From an uncultured Planctomycetaceae bacterium (lineage in GTDB: Bacteria > Planctomycetota > Planctomycetia > Pirellulales > PALSA-1355): DNA of 64,000 nt. Of the stretch, positions 42,843 through 55,129 are shown in pieces (the stretch's first letter is position 1; each line of letters opens with the position of its first letter). Location of the stretch: positions 1,600,001-1,664,000 of the forward strand of contig CAWAUV010000007.1 in assembly GCA_963785305.1 (NCBI GenBank), written 5' to 3'. The notes below the pieces were generated by a model that was not told the origin of the DNA, did not search any database, and saw nothing but the letters and a program-made list of their open reading frames with translations. Both the position numbers and the translations under genes were made by a program.

Positions 42843-45800
42843 TTATGCGCACGTGCCTTTGCATGTGCAATCGACGAGGTACCACAATGAAATATATAGC
42901 GAGTGTTCTCTGCACATATATGTGCATTCGCATGGGTCGCAATGACCGGAGCGGGCCTCATCGTAGTAATGTTCCCAAATAGAATAGCCGCACCAATACC
43001 ACACTACTTGCTTGACGTAATACGTGCATGAGCATGGCCTTTCCCATACATATGTGTTGCCTCTATCGGCGCGCTTGCAATATGGCATTCCGTCCACCGT
43101 GTGTGGGGGATTGTCGTTCGGTGGCGAAACCTTAGATGTCGTGCCGTTCGGGTCGGTGTTTTTGGCGATAGCGTTTCCTAGGTATCGATACAGATTCCGG
43201 TCTCCACCATCATACCCGATCGGATCTCGCGTGATCCAAACGCCGTGCGCCGGATTCAAATATCGATTCCGCGCCAGATACAGCCCCGTTTCGACGTCCC
43301 AGCGGTAGCCGCAGTAGAGGGTTTCCCAGGCGTACGCGGAGCCGCTAGCGCGAACCGTGAAGTCGGGATTCAGGAATGTCGGCAAGCCATAGGCGGTGTA
43401 CTGGTAGCGTTCTTCGACGGCGCCGGATGTATTGACGATCGCCGTGACGTTCCAGTTCGCGTCTTGCAGAGCGTAAAGCCTTTCCGTCGAGCGGTCGCGC
43501 AAGACCAGATCGTCGATGTAGCGTTGGCCCCACACGAATTGACGATCGGCGGTCGTCGCGCCGCCGACGCGTTCTTCGAGGACTTGCCACATGTTCGAGT
43601 AGTACAAGTCGCGCACGATGCCGGCGACCAGTTTGGTTGTGCGGCGATTGAGGCCGTCATAGCTGTAGGCGGCCACGCCGGCGAGCGAGATCAAGCGGTT
43701 CCAGGCGTCATAGGTTGCGGCGAAAGAGCTTGCGGGCGATGCCGGTTGTGGAATTGCGGTCATGGCGCCGGTCGGACTGTAACTCGGCTGCGCCATGCGG
43801 CGCCGTAGCGCTGGGCAATGCCCATGATCTCGTTGACTGGATTCGACACGCGCTGCTGGTCGAGGTTATTCGCGGAAGTCACGACATCCGTGTTGACGAA
43901 ATTCGACCAGTTGCCCGTTGCGTCCAGGCCCCATTGCTGGGCAAGAGTCATGTTCGCGATGGACTGGTTATTATTCGTGAGGGCGCCGCGGCTCATGTCG
44001 GTGAGGCGCTGCATGCCGTCGTAGCTATACAGCTCATCGAACTTGGCGCCAAGCGAATCAGCCACGACGTTTTGCCGCCAGACGCGGTTGCTCGATTGGT
44101 CGTAGCCGTATTGGATTTGATCGAGCGTGGCGGTGGGCGTGGTCCAGGGGTTATTAATAACACGGCCAAACTGGTCGAGGCCGAGATAGGGATTCGTGCC
44201 GAAGCCGGAGCCGCCGGCTAGCGACCAGGTGACGTCCGGCTGCGGATACGTTAGATCGACGAATGTCGAGAGGCCGAGGTAGGTGTACTCGACGAGCGTC
44301 GTGCTGTCGGAATCGCGGTAGTTGGTGATGCGGGATAACGCATCGTCGTTGCCGCTCGCGTAATTGTACGAAACGACGCGAGGCGTCGAGCCGCTGATCG
44401 CGCCGGGATAGGTGATCGCCGTGAGGCGCGTCGTGTTGGCGCTGCCGTCGGCGAAGGCGTATTGCACATTGGCCGACGTGGCGGTGTTCACGGCGGCGCC
44501 ATGCTGCTGGTACTGCGTGACGAGTTGCTGAAAGCCATTGTAGGCGTTTTGGACTTGATTGACCACCGTCGTTGCGCCGATGTCGGCGTAGCTCGTGATT
44601 TGGAAGACCAATCCGCGGATTTCGTAGGCGGTGCTGATCCGCTGCACGCTCGAATCGACGCTCGCGCCGAGCGTCGTAATGATGTCGTCCGTGGGGCGGC
44701 CGAGCAGGTCGAACAGGTACTCATGCACCGTGCCGTTTTGGTCCGTCTTGCCGGTGACTTGCTTTTGTCGATTGAAGGTTTGCGTGACTTGGTCGGAGCC
44801 GGACAAGCTATCGGGATAGATCGTGGCGCTAAGCAATTCGTTACTGGCGATCGAGGAATCGGTCAAGGTCGTGCCGTAAACGAACTGCGTCGTTTGGTTG
44901 CCGGTGGTTGGATTCACCGCCGTCAAGGCGATCATGTTGCCGTCGGCGTTGTAGGCGAACTGGACCGTGACGTCGGTGGCGTTGCCGGGGCAGCCGCCGG
45001 TGTAGTTGCTCACCGTGCTGAGCGGCTTGTGCAAGGCGTTGAATGTTTGCAGCGTGATGATGCCGGCGGGATCGGTGGTTTGATTGAGATTGCCGGCGTT
45101 GTCGTAGGCGAAGCTCCTGACCAAGACGGTTGGCGAGGAAGCTGGCGGCGTGGCGGGGGCGGTGAAGGCGGCGTTGCCATTCGTGCCGTAGTTGGCCGAG
45201 GCCGCCATGCGGCCAATGCCGTCGGGGAAGTTCGCGACATAACTTACGCGGGCCAAGGGCTGCGTTCCGCTATACGGTGGATTCAAGACGCCCGAGCTGG
45301 TGGCGCTGTCGAACTGCTGGTACGAATCGACTTCGATCACGTTGTTCGCGTCGTCGTACGTGGTCAGCGTCTGCTCGAAGATGATGTTTTGGCTCGTGAC
45401 TTGGCCGACGTCGCTGTAAGGCTCCGTTCCCGAGCCGGTGTAATAACCTTGATACGACGCCGTGACTCGGGCTTGGCTATCGTATACCTGCTTGGTGAAT
45501 GTCTGGGCTCCTGCCGGCAAAGTCTTGATGATGTTGCTCGCCAGATCGTACCAAGTATTGTCGACGAGCGAGTTGCCCAAGGCGCCGGTGTTCGGGTCCA
45601 CCGAATAGACTTGCGTTTGATAGACCCGATTGCGGTCGTCCCAGAAGGTGAGCGTTCGCGCGAGAAGCTGACCGTTCGCGGTGGTGTTGAGGCGGTCGAC
45701 TTGGATGATCCGATCGAGATTGTCGTAGGTCGTCTCCAGATAGTATTCGAGCTCGCCGTCGATGCCGATTTGCCTATCTCGGAAGTCGTAGATGTAGCTG

Positions 45801-46290
45801 GTCACGCGGTCGTTCTCGCCGGTGGCGTCGACGAACGCGGTCTTTTCGGTGAGGTTGCCGTCGCCGCCCGACGAACCGCCGTCGTATACGTTGCCGGTGA
45901 CTTGGACCATGTTGTTCCCCGGGGCGCCGCCGCCGGTCGGGTCGCTCGCGGTGGCGCCGATCGCGTTCGTGCCGATAAAGATTCCCGTCACGAGTCCGCG
46001 CGGATCGAACACCTTGGCGGTGATCGTGCCGCCGGGCGTGGTGGTCATGTCGCCGCGGTCCATGATATCGTAACCGTAATCGGTCTCGTCGTAATTCGCG
46101 CCCGGCAAGCCGAGGCCGAACGCGGGAATCTGCGAATACGCCCGGCTCGCAGTCTTTTGACCGGCATTATTATACACATTCACCGACCAAGCGACCCAGC
46201 TCGACCGCGGATAACAATCCGAGGGCGACAACGCTCCTTCGGTCGTGGCCCGAGCCGCTTGGATCGTGTCGGTCGGTTGACCAGCGTAAT
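42843..46290 (-). CDS. Orphan Rhs (ORFs 43760..46231 and 42843..43796, frameshift ~43790) with a short Cys-rich CT
   Basis: YD repeats; RDPIG...DPNG; CT with many Cys. Confidence 0.82.
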
Positions 46291-46315
46291 CGAGAGAGAG
46301 TAGTCATCCGATTTG

Positions 46316-47407
46316 TTACCGTTGCCACACGACTTGGCATTGCGGGTGCTTTGCACGAAACGCGATCACGCCATCCGACGTGACGCTATCGGAAATGACA
46401 ACAAGCGTCTTAAGCCGAGGACATTTAAGCTTGTCGAGGAACGCATCCGATAGGCCGCATTCATCGGCGCGAAGCTCTCGCAAGTCGATCAAGTGATTAA
46501 GATCGTCAACGCACGAATCCGTTATCAATGTATTGCTTAAGCTAAGATTCTCGAGTCCTGTCAACGATGCGCCGACAAAGCCCAGGCCTTGGTCGCTCAC
46601 GGCGTTGTGGGCAATATCTAAAACGTTTAACGTCCGAGCTACGGAAAGGACTCGCAATTCTTCGTCGGTAATACCGGTCGCCTTGAGACTCAATTCGCGA
46701 AGTTGAGGAAATAGCGTTATCTTGCTGATGTCGGTGCTCGAAAGCCGAATTCCGTTGAAACAGATGCGACGAAGCGATCCGCACGTTCGCCAATCGACGT
46801 TTTCTAAAACCTCGTTCTCGCAATACAATATGGATAACGAATCCAGAGTTCTTGGGAGTTCGATTTTCGGTCCGCCGACGTCAGAAAGCCGAGACGCGGT
46901 CAATTGGATGGATTTTAGCGACCGATATTCGCATATGCAACGGAAAGCATCACGTTCGATAGTGCAACGACCAGCATTAACATCCGTTATCGTCTTCGTG
47001 GCCGCGAACGGCGAAACGAGCGAATACGTTACTTGAGTATCTAGAAATGACAAAGACGACAATGCCTTCAATGAACTCGCTTCACGCAGAGCGACTGCCG
47101 TTTCGGGTGAAGAATTGTTCACTTCCAAGCCATCGACTTCCTCGAACGCCTCCGGAGATGCTCCGCTAATCCGGGAAAGCATTGATCCAATGATGTGATT
47201 AAAGCTGCGTGCGCGCAATTGAAGAATGTCATTACCGGATTGCCTTAGGGAAGTTATTTGCAACTGCTCGATTTGCGCGGAGCGAATTGTTGCGCCAAGC
47301 CAAACAAAAAGCACCGAGATCGGCACAAATGCCCATAAAAGCGTCTTGAACGAAAAAATGGACGCGACTTTTTTTGCGCGGCAGAAAATCATGATAATGG
47401 TTCTCAC
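46316..47407 (-). CDS. Membrane-anchored leucine-rich-repeat protein in the immunity position
   Basis: FSFKTLL plus TM helix; LxxLxLxxTxITD repeats. Confidence 0.8.
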   Translation of the reverse strand: MRTIIMIFCRAKKVASIFSFKTLLWAFVPISVLFVWLGATIRSAQIEQLQITSLRQSGNDILQLRARSFNHIIGSMLSRISGASPEAFEEVDGLEVNNSSPETAVALREASSLKALSSLSFLDTQVTYSLVSPFAATKTITDVNAGRCTIERDAFRCICEYRSLKSIQLTASRLSDVGGPKIELPRTLDSLSILYCENEVLENVDWRTCGSLRRICFNGIRLSSTDISKITLFPQLRELSLKATGITDEELRVLSVARTLNVLDIAHNAVSDQGLGFVGASLTGLENLSLSNTLITDSCVDDLNHLIDLRELRADECGLSDAFLDKLKCPRLKTLVVISDSVTSDGVIAFRAKHPQCQVVWQR

Positions 47408-47717
47408 GCCTCGAACCGAGATTCAAGAAAGCCGTAACGAGCCATGGCGGCGGAATCACACAGAGCCCCTATCCGGGCAGCGGATGCGCTCACCGCACTC
47501 GCCGGCAAAAGCGCGTGAATTCATTGTTTTCCGGATAGGCATATAATTCAATGATTTCAATGTTATGTTGCACCACCGCGCACAACGAATCATCGGGTTA
47601 AGAGCCTAGCCGAACATCGGAAGCGAGCACGTAAATCGCGCGTTTCCATTGCTTTACCGATCGACCATCGCGAGAACGGGAGTTCATGGAACGCTACAGA
47701 CGAACGAAACGTCGAGT

Positions 47718-49670
47718 CTAACATGGAACAGTTGTTGGCAGCGGACTAGGTACTGTCCCGGAAGGCCCGAACATCGCGCTGCCTGCACATATTTGGTCTG
47801 CCTTCTGCTGATCGCCGGCGACGATCGCATAATAAATCGTACCCAACTGCACTGTTTGCCCAAGACCGATTGGAATACTAATCCCTGCTCCGTGAAGAAA
47901 AATTATATGTCCCGCGTTGCCCGAATTTAAAGTAACTTGAGTCGAGCTGCCCTCCAGAAACGAACGAGAACTTAGCGCGGAATAGCAAAAGTATCCGAAT
48001 GCACCGCCGCATGTGCAGTTATAGTTAACGGAAATCATACGACTTCGCGTACAAATAAGCGACCCCGCGGGAGTTTGCGAATATGACACAGGGTTGGTCG
48101 AACCGCCAAGCTCAGCGAAAGCCGCGACAGCAGTCACTGTCCAAGGCGGTGCGGGGATAACAGCGGTCGGCGTTTGGTTCGTGCAGGCAAGTCCGTTAAA
48201 ATCGTTGGAATCAATCGGTGAACTCAAAACGTACCGATAGAAATTGAAATCGCCGCCCTTGAATCCGATCGGATCCCTTGTGATCCAAGCGCCAAGTAGC
48301 GAATTCAAATATCGATTTCGCGCCAAATACAGCCCCGATTCGCCGTCCCAGCGGTAGCCGCAGTAGAGGGTTTCCCAGGCGTAGACGCTGGCAGTTAAGG
48401 GAGCGAAATCAGGATTCAAGACGGCGGGCAGACCGTAGGGTGTATAGCTGTAGCGCTCTTGGACGGCGCCGGATGTATTGACGATCGCCGTGACGTTCCA
48501 GTTGGCGTCTTGCAGGGCATAGAGACGCTCCGTTGAGCGGTCGCGCAGGACAAGTTCGTCGATGTAGCGTTGGCCCCACACGAATTGGCGATCGGCAATG
48601 GTCGCGCCGTTGACTCGTTCTTCCAGAACTTGCCACATGTCCGAGTAGTACAAGTCGCGCACGACGCCGGAAATCGTCTTTTGCGTGCGGCGGTTGAGGC
48701 CGTCGTAGCTGTACGTGGCTGTGCCGGCAAGCTGGGTCAAGCGGTTCCAAGCGTCGTAGACGCCGGTGAACGCCGACGAAGGCGATGCTGGTTGCGGAAT
48801 GTTCGTCATGTTTCCGACGGGATTGTAGGCCGGCTGCGCCGACGCGGCGCCGTAGCGCTGGGTGATGCCCATGATCTCGTTCACAGGATTCGACACGCGC
48901 TGTTGGTCGAGATTGTTCGCGGCGGTCACGACATCGGTGTTGACGAAATTCGACCAGTTGCCGGTGGCGTCGAGGCCCCACTGCTGAGCAAGGGTCATGT
49001 TGGCGATGGACTGGTTGTTATTCGTCAGATTGCCACGGCTCATGTCGGTGAGGCGCTGCATTCCGTCATAACTGTAGAGCTCGTCTTGCCCACTGGCGAC
49101 GGTTTGGTGACGCCATGTGCGGTTGCTCGCCTGATCGTAACCGTATTGAATCTGGTCGAGCGTGGCGGTGGGCGTGGTCCAGGCGTTGTTGATGACCCGG
49201 CCGAATTGATCGAGGCCGATGTAGGGATTCGCGCCCGAGCCGCCGGCGAGCGACCATGTGACGTCGGGCTGCGGATACGTCAAATCAACGAACGTGGCGA
49301 GGCCCAGATACGTGTATTCAACCAGCGTTGTGCTATCGGAATCAACGTAGCTCGTGACGCGTGACAAGGCGTCGTCATTGCCGCTGGCGTAGTTGTATGA
49401 AACGACTCGGGGCGTGGCGCCGGTGATCGCGCCGGGGTAGGTGATCGCGGTCAGGCGCGTCGTGTTGGCGCTGCCGTCGGCGAAGGCGTAACCAACTTGT
49501 GGACTGGCGGCGGTATTCACAGCGCTACCGTGTTGCTGATATTGGTTGGTAAGCTGCTGGAAGCCATTGTACGCGTTTTGGACTTGGTTGACCACCGTGG
49601 TCGCGGCGGTGTCGGCGTAGCTCGTGATTTGGAAGACGAGGCCGCGGATTTCGTAAGCCGTGCTGATTCG
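47718..49670 (-). CDS. Orphan Rhs module with a Cys-rich CT
   Basis: Core from RRISTAYEIRG to RDPIGFKGG...DFNGL. Confidence 0.82.
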   Translation of the reverse strand, partial: RISTAYEIRGLVFQITSYADTAATTVVNQVQNAYNGFQQLTNQYQQHGSAVNTAASPQVGYAFADGSANTTRLTAITYPGAITGATPRVVSYNYASGNDDALSRVTSYVDSDSTTLVEYTYLGLATFVDLTYPQPDVTWSLAGGSGANPYIGLDQFGRVINNAWTTPTATLDQIQYGYDQASNRTWRHQTVASGQDELYSYDGMQRLTDMSRGNLTNNNQSIANMTLAQQWGLDATGNWSNFVNTDVVTAANNLDQQRVSNPVNEIMGITQRYGAASAQPAYNPVGNMTNIPQPASPSSAFTGVYDAWNRLTQLAGTATYSYDGLNRRTQKTISGVVRDLYYSDMWQVLEERVNGATIADRQFVWGQRYIDELVLRDRSTERLYALQDANWNVTAIVNTSGAVQERYSYTPYGLPAVLNPDFAPLTASVYAWETLYCGYRWDGESGLYLARNRYLNSLLGAWITRDPIGFKGGDFNFYRYVLSSPIDSNDFNGLACTNQTPTAVIPAPPWTVTAVAAFAELGGSTNPVSYSQTPAGSLICTRSRMISVNYNCTCGGAFGYFCYSALSSRSFLEGSSTQVTLNSGNAGHIIFLHGAGISIPIGLGQTVQLGTIYYAIVAGDQQKADQICAGSAMFGPSGTVPSPLPTTVPC

Positions 49671-49785
49671 CCGCACCCGCGTGGCGGGCCTGCGGCGCTC
49701 GGACAGCTGAACGTGAGTGAAGACTGCTCGCCGGGTCGAAAAACCGCCGCCAGCGAAATCAATGAGTCCTGGCCCGTTTGAATTC
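49665..49785 (-). repeat. Motif A (variant GGGCCAGG, intron-free) plus ~90-bp leader fused to the Rhs core
   Basis: Near-identical to 53254-53375, 56887-57008 and 61311-61432. Confidence 0.88.
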
Positions 49786-49821
49786 GCCAAAACCAACCAA
49801 TGGCGGTGATGGACGCTTACG

Positions 49822-50478
49822 TCATGGTAATGAGGTCGGTGTGGTAGCCCGTGAAGCGGCATAGGGAGTAGCGAACGCATCCGGCACCAATCTATTCCAA
49901 AGATATCGGGCATAAACAATGAAACACATAATCGACCCGGCCATTGTTACGCAGAGCCACGACTCCCAAGCGTTTCGCCAGAACGCGACATACATTACGG
50001 TTGCGTTCCAGCGCTCGCATCCATAGAGCCGATTGAGCCATAAGACCGGCTCAAACACAGCATGCGTCAACGCTAGTCGGGTATCATCGCGACACGGAAT
50101 ATACTCCAAAAGGGTTATCGCGGGAACCGATGCTAATAAATACATACACATTAGCGAGGCGGCAAACAACAGCCAAAGGGAGCAACGCATCAGATTGAAC
50201 CCGATCATTCGGCCCGACGGCGCGACCAGCCGGTAACTCCGTATGGCATTGGCCGCAAGCATATTCAAAGCGATGGCCGTCGCAATAACCGACAAGAATG
50301 GCGCGTCTCTGGATATCGCCAGTAGTGCCGAGATCGCCGATATCCCCACCGCGACAGTCCTCAGCGAGTATCGGCGTTTGGCTGCCCATGAGACTCCAAC
50401 CGTGGGCCTAGCAATTGCGCATTTCTTCGTTGAGCTAAAAACACAATGCGCGGCGCCACGCAAGCGCGACAACAGCAC
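49822..50478 (-). CDS. Putative membrane protein
   Basis: RRYSLRTVAV motif and hydrophobic helices. Confidence 0.5.
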   Translation of the reverse strand: MLLSRLRGAAHCVFSSTKKCAIARPTVGVSWAAKRRYSLRTVAVGISAISALLAISRDAPFLSVIATAIALNMLAANAIRSYRLVAPSGRMIGFNLMRCSLWLLFAASLMCMYLLASVPAITLLEYIPCRDDTRLALTHAVFEPVLWLNRLYGCERWNATVMYVAFWRNAWESWLCVTMAGSIMCFIVYARYLWNRLVPDAFATPYAASRATTPTSLP

Positions 50479-51220
50479 AAATCACGGTCCCCGAAACAAT
50501 CCACACATACAGATGAACTTTGGTTATCCAATATCGAGATTCAGAAATAATGTTTCCGGTACGTATATCGAATTCAAATTCATCGCGGGTTGACGTGTTT
50601 ACTCGAAACACATTGCCTTCAATTCGCCTTCCATATGTGCCTTCATCGATCCAAAGGTGATGCCAATCGGCGGACGTGAATTTCATCAGCGACGGAAAAT
50701 CAATGAGTTCGCCGACGCCGTAGCTCTTGATGAGCTTTCCCGAATCGTAAAACCGGATCGCCCAATCCAAGTGAATGCCGTCTCCACCGCCAAATCGGTT
50801 CACTCGCACGACGTATCGGCCACCCGACGACAGGCGAACTAACTCGCTGTCCTCAAACCATTTTAAGGACCACAAGGGAACGTTTGACCCGATTTTGTAA
50901 AACCCTGAAACCTGATACTCGGCGCGCAGGTTGATCGTATCGCCGGTGGGTAGCACGCATAGCTTTCCATGATCGTCATCGATTGGCACGGGGGCGAGCA
51001 TTACCAAGAACGAGTCGCAATCACGCGTGGGAATAATATAAGATGCGGGCGGCGGAGATAACGCGCCGAATGTCGTGGCAGCGACGATAAAATGAGAAAT
51101 AATTCCGTTAATGCAGGAGACGAAATTACCCACGAGATCGGACTTGGGACGGTGCGCCATCGATCGAGGTAAGCAAGCCATGCCCCGCCTCGTAAGCGTC
51201 GGGAAGTGAGTCGTCGACAT
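50435..51220 (-). CDS. Putative immunity protein with a C-terminal TM helix
   Basis: Starts 7 bp after the CT stop. Confidence 0.6.
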   Translation of the reverse strand: MSTTHFPTLTRRGMACLPRSMAHRPKSDLVGNFVSCINGIISHFIVAATTFGALSPPPASYIIPTRDCDSFLVMLAPVPIDDDHGKLCVLPTGDTINLRAEYQVSGFYKIGSNVPLWSLKWFEDSELVRLSSGGRYVVRVNRFGGGDGIHLDWAIRFYDSGKLIKSYGVGELIDFPSLMKFTSADWHHLWIDEGTYGRRIEGNVFRVNTSTRDEFEFDIRTGNIISESRYWITKVHLYVWIVSGTVICAVVALAWRRALCF

Positions 51221-51226
51221 CGTAAC

Positions 51227-53260
51227 TCACCAATCTTTTACAGATTTGGTCCATGGCGAGGTGGGTTGGCCGACGGACGTTATACCGATCGCTCCCGATT
51301 TTAGATTGTAAGTGAAGTTGATGCAGCTAAGCAACATTTCACTATAAACAGGCAGTGTCGTCTCGCAAATCGCGCATATAGTTATGCTGGAATTTGGATT
51401 ATTCTCGTTGCCTGGCGCGTCCTGTATTCCGCCCTTGGGACTATTCGCGCCGCCGCAACGGACATACTCCGGCCATTGCTCGCCGGGTAAGATATTGTTT
51501 TTATTAAGATAATCGAAATGTGGTGCGCGTCCAGTTGCAAAGCCATCAACTTCAATCGCCTGCGAGAGTTTGATCCGGCCGTTGCATTGGCATCCACCAG
51601 GATTAAAATCAGCGTAGTAGGTGTTTGTAACCGTTCCGTCTGGTCGCTGTCTGCGTTGGCCATTTGTAATGGTAAAATTGCCGCATGGCGCCGGTATTTG
51701 CGGCGGCGATGATGAGCACCCCCCGCCGAGGCCGAGCAACAGCACAAGTCCGCCGATAAAACATAGTGCGGGGACGATTTCGCCGGCCGGATCAGTTGCA
51801 TTTACTACCCTGTTGAATATGTAACGACCGAAATTCGTATCGCCACCGTCAAAGCCGACGGGATCCCTTGTGATCCAAACGCCGATCGCCGAATTCAGAT
51901 ACCGGTTCCGCGCCAAATACAACCACGTTTCGCTGTCCCAGCGGTAGCCGCAATACAACGTTTCCCAAGCGTAGGCGCTTGCATACTGAGGGACAAAACC
52001 GGAATTCATGAACGTGGGCAAGCCGTAGGCTGTATACCGGTATCGCTCTTGCACGGCGCCCGACGTATCGACAACCGCCGTGACGTTCCAATTGGCGTCT
52101 TGGAGGGCGTAGAGACGCTCCGTTGATCGGTCGCGAACGACCAAGTCGTCGATGTAGCGCAGGCCCCAGACGAATTGACGGTCGGCGTTCGTCGCGCCGC
52201 CTACGCGTTCTTCGAGGACCTGCCACATGTCCGAGTAGTACAAATCTCGCAGAACTCCGGAGACTAGTTTGGTCGTGCGACGGTTGAGACCGTCGTAGCT
52301 GTAGGCGGCCACGCCGGCGAGCGAGATCATGCGGTTCCAGGCGTCATAGGTTGCGGCGAAAGAGCTTGCGGGCGATGCCGGTTGTGGAATTGCGGTCATG
52401 GCGCCGGTCGGACTGTAACTCGGCTGCGCCAGGCGGCGCCGTAGCGCTGGGTGATGCCCATGATTTCGTTGACTGGGCTGGTCGTCCGTTGTTGGTCGAG
52501 ATTGTTCGCGGGCGTCACAACATCGGTGTTGACGAAATTCGACCAATTGCCTGTCGCGTCGAGTCCCCATTGCTGGGCGAGGGTCATGTTCGCGATGGAC
52601 TGGTTATTATTCGTGAGGGCGCCGCGGCTCATGTCGGTGAGGCGCTGCATGCCGTCGTAGCTGTAGAGTTCGTCGTTGCCGGTGGCGACGGTTTGATGGC
52701 GCCACACGCGGTTGCCGGACTGGTCGTAGCCGTATTGGATCTGGTCGAGCGTGGCGCTGGGCGTCGTCCAGAGGTTGTTGATCACCCGGCCGAATTGGTC
52801 GAGGCCGAGATACGGGTTCGCGCCGGAGCCGCCGGCTAGCGACCACGTGACGTCGGGCTGGGGATAAGTCAGGTCGACGAATGTCCGCAAGCCAAGATAC
52901 GTATACTCGACCAGTGTCGTGCTGTCGGAGTCGACGTAGCTCGTGATGCGGGACAGAGCATCATCGTTGCCGCTAGCGTAGTTATACGTCACGACGCGAG
53001 GCGTCGAACCGCTGACGGCGCCGGGATAGGTGATCGCCGTTAGCCGCGTCGTGTTGGCGCTGCCGTCGGCGAAGGCGTACTGCACGTTGGGAGACGTGGA
53101 GGTATTCACGGCGGCGCCATGCTGCTGGAACTGCGTGACGAGTTGCTGGAAACCATTGTAGGCGTTTTGCACTTGGTTGACCACCGTGCTGCCGGCGGTA
53201 TCGGCGTAGCTCGTGATTTGGAAGACAAGGCCGCGGATTTCGTAAGCCGTGGTGATTCGC
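51227..53260 (-). CDS. Orphan Rhs module (frameshift ~52430); CT begins with a hydrophobic helix and lipobox-like GGGC
   Basis: DPAGEIVPALCFIGGLVLLLGLGGGCSS. Confidence 0.8.
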
Positions 53261-53375
53261 CGCACCCGCGTGGCGGGGCTGCCGGCGCTCGGACAGCTGA
53301 ACGTCAGCAAAGACTGCCCGCCGGGTCGAAAAACCGCCGCCAGCGAAATCAATGACTCCTGACCCCTTTGAATTC
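53254..53375 (-). repeat. Motif A (perfect, intron-free) plus leader
   Basis: GAATTCAAAGGGGTCAGGAGTCATTGATTTCGCTGG. Confidence 0.9.
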
Positions 53376-53550
53376 GCCGCTGTTACCTGGACATGGAACG
53401 ACTGCGAGAACCACCGGAAGCAGAGCAACCGGCGGCGACGGCGTAATCGTCGCAACCGGCCTTCCCCCTCGGGGGAAGCAGACAGAAGAGAACGAGGACC
53501 ACCGCTACCCACTCGAACTGCCTAAAACAATGTGCGCATCTTGACGGACA

Positions 53551-53757
53551 CTACCTGCTGATCAGCTGGATGCTGCTGTCGATACCCGATCCGACGGTCG
53601 TGATGATGTCATCCGTCGGGCGACCGAGCAAATCGAATAGGTACTGATGCACCGTGCCGTTTTGATCGGTTTTGCCGGTGACTTGCTTTTGTCGATTGAA
53701 GGATTGCGTGACTTGGTCGGAGCCGGACACGCTGTCGGGATAGATCGTGGCGCTCAA
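53551..53757 (-). pseudogene. Isolated Rhs core fragment
   Basis: SATIYPDSVSGSDQVTQ...FDLLGRPTDD matches the 37046 and 43760 Rhs ORFs. Confidence 0.8.
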
Positions 53758-54170
53758 GAGCTCGGATTCCGCCGGACTTCGCGCTCAAGAAAGATTGGCC
53801 GTGGGTCAAGGCGATCGGCTATGCGTTCCGCATCACCAGCCACGACGATGGGACCGAGACGGTCGAAATGCGCTATTACATCGCCAGCCGCTATTTGAGC
53901 GGCAAGCGGTTCAGCGAAGCCGTCCGCGGCCACTGGAGCATCGAGTCGCTGCATTGGATTCTGGATGTTACTTTTCGCGAGGACGACAGCCGCGCGCGGG
54001 AACGCACGTTGGGCGACAATCTGAGTTGGCTACGCCGCTTCGCCGTGACCCTGCTCAAGCGCCATCCGAAAAAAGACAGTCTCCGAGGGAAAATGCAAGC
54101 CGCCGACTTCAACACCAACTTCCTCACCCAAGTCCTCACCGGGAAACAAGTTTGATATGCGCTGGCCGTG
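53758..54170 (+). mobile_element. ISAs1-family (H-repeat) transposase 3' fragment with its right end
   Basis: RYYIAS...VRGHWSIESLHWILDVTFREDDSR; end TGCGCTGGCCGTG. Confidence 0.85.
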
Positions 54171-54444
54171 CCGCCGTCCGCCGTCACGCATCGCCCACCT
54201 CGCTAGCATTTGGGACCACCTCCCCACGCTAGCAAACCGCTCCGACCAATTCACGCAGGCTCGCCGGAAGGACACGAGCGGTTCAACGCATGGTAAATCA
54301 ATCACTTCGGCGCATAACGAGCGATCCGCGGCATCCCGCCAGGCTAATTCCGCTCGCCCCCAACGTCACTATCGACTCGCGTCCCCTTTTTCTCCCACGG
54401 ACCAAAAAACCCGAATTCGGGAAAGAAAAATCGTATAACAGTTA

Positions 54445-55113
54445 CTATTGCGTTTCAATTGAAATTTTATCGTTGTTGCTGCCGTTCAACTTATCGGGCT
54501 TCTTGCCCGCTACGATAATTTGCCAAACTGATACATTTAGCTGATTTCTTTCATGACTCTTACTCCATCCAACCATAAGTCCATCATCCCGCCAAACATA
54601 AGGCTGCCATTTTTGATCCGCAATCCACCGCAGCGCATCGGCATCCGTCATAAAATGTTGTTGCCCTTCCTCCAAGACGCCGCGAGTGATGCCGTTGTGA
54701 TCTCGCCAATGCTCGCCGGAACCAGGAAAATAAAGACCACGACTTCCGAGCCAACGCTCTTTCCGAGCCATCATTTTAACAGAGCGGGTATCGTTTTCCC
54801 AAGTATAAGACCGCTCCAGACCTTTACCGGCGGTGATAACAATTGTTCCATTCGGCGTTGTTGCCGTGATTCGAGTTCCCGGCTCCATGACGATCTCAGT
54901 CTCCATAGGAATCACACCGTCGTCGTCGTTCATGCCTGTGTGAACCCGCCCACAACTCGTCAATGCAAAGAGGGCTAGGACGAAAACACGCGACGAAAGT
55001 GTTGACCGCGCACACCGTACTGCGTTAGCTACTTGAAAAACATACATGCGCAACACCTTGGGCTCATATGCAGGGTAAATCGCATCCGGCAAAGAAACGC
55101 AAAAGCGATACAC
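54445..55113 (-). CDS. Putative lipoprotein immunity protein for the PLA2 toxin; true start probably downstream
   Basis: VLALFALTSC lipobox-like sequence. Confidence 0.62.
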   Translation of the reverse strand: MYRFCVSLPDAIYPAYEPKVLRMYVFQVANAVRCARSTLSSRVFVLALFALTSCGRVHTGMNDDDGVIPMETEIVMEPGTRITATTPNGTIVITAGKGLERSYTWENDTRSVKMMARKERWLGSRGLYFPGSGEHWRDHNGITRGVLEEGQQHFMTDADALRWIADQKWQPYVWRDDGLMVGWSKSHERNQLNVSVWQIIVAGKKPDKLNGSNNDKISIETQ

Positions 55114-55129
55114 GCAAGCCTGGCTTTGC

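Noticed and set aside
53376..53550. Hairpin CTTCCCCCTCGGGGGAAG and filler DNA as a distinct element
   Set aside because: Single copy with no further support.
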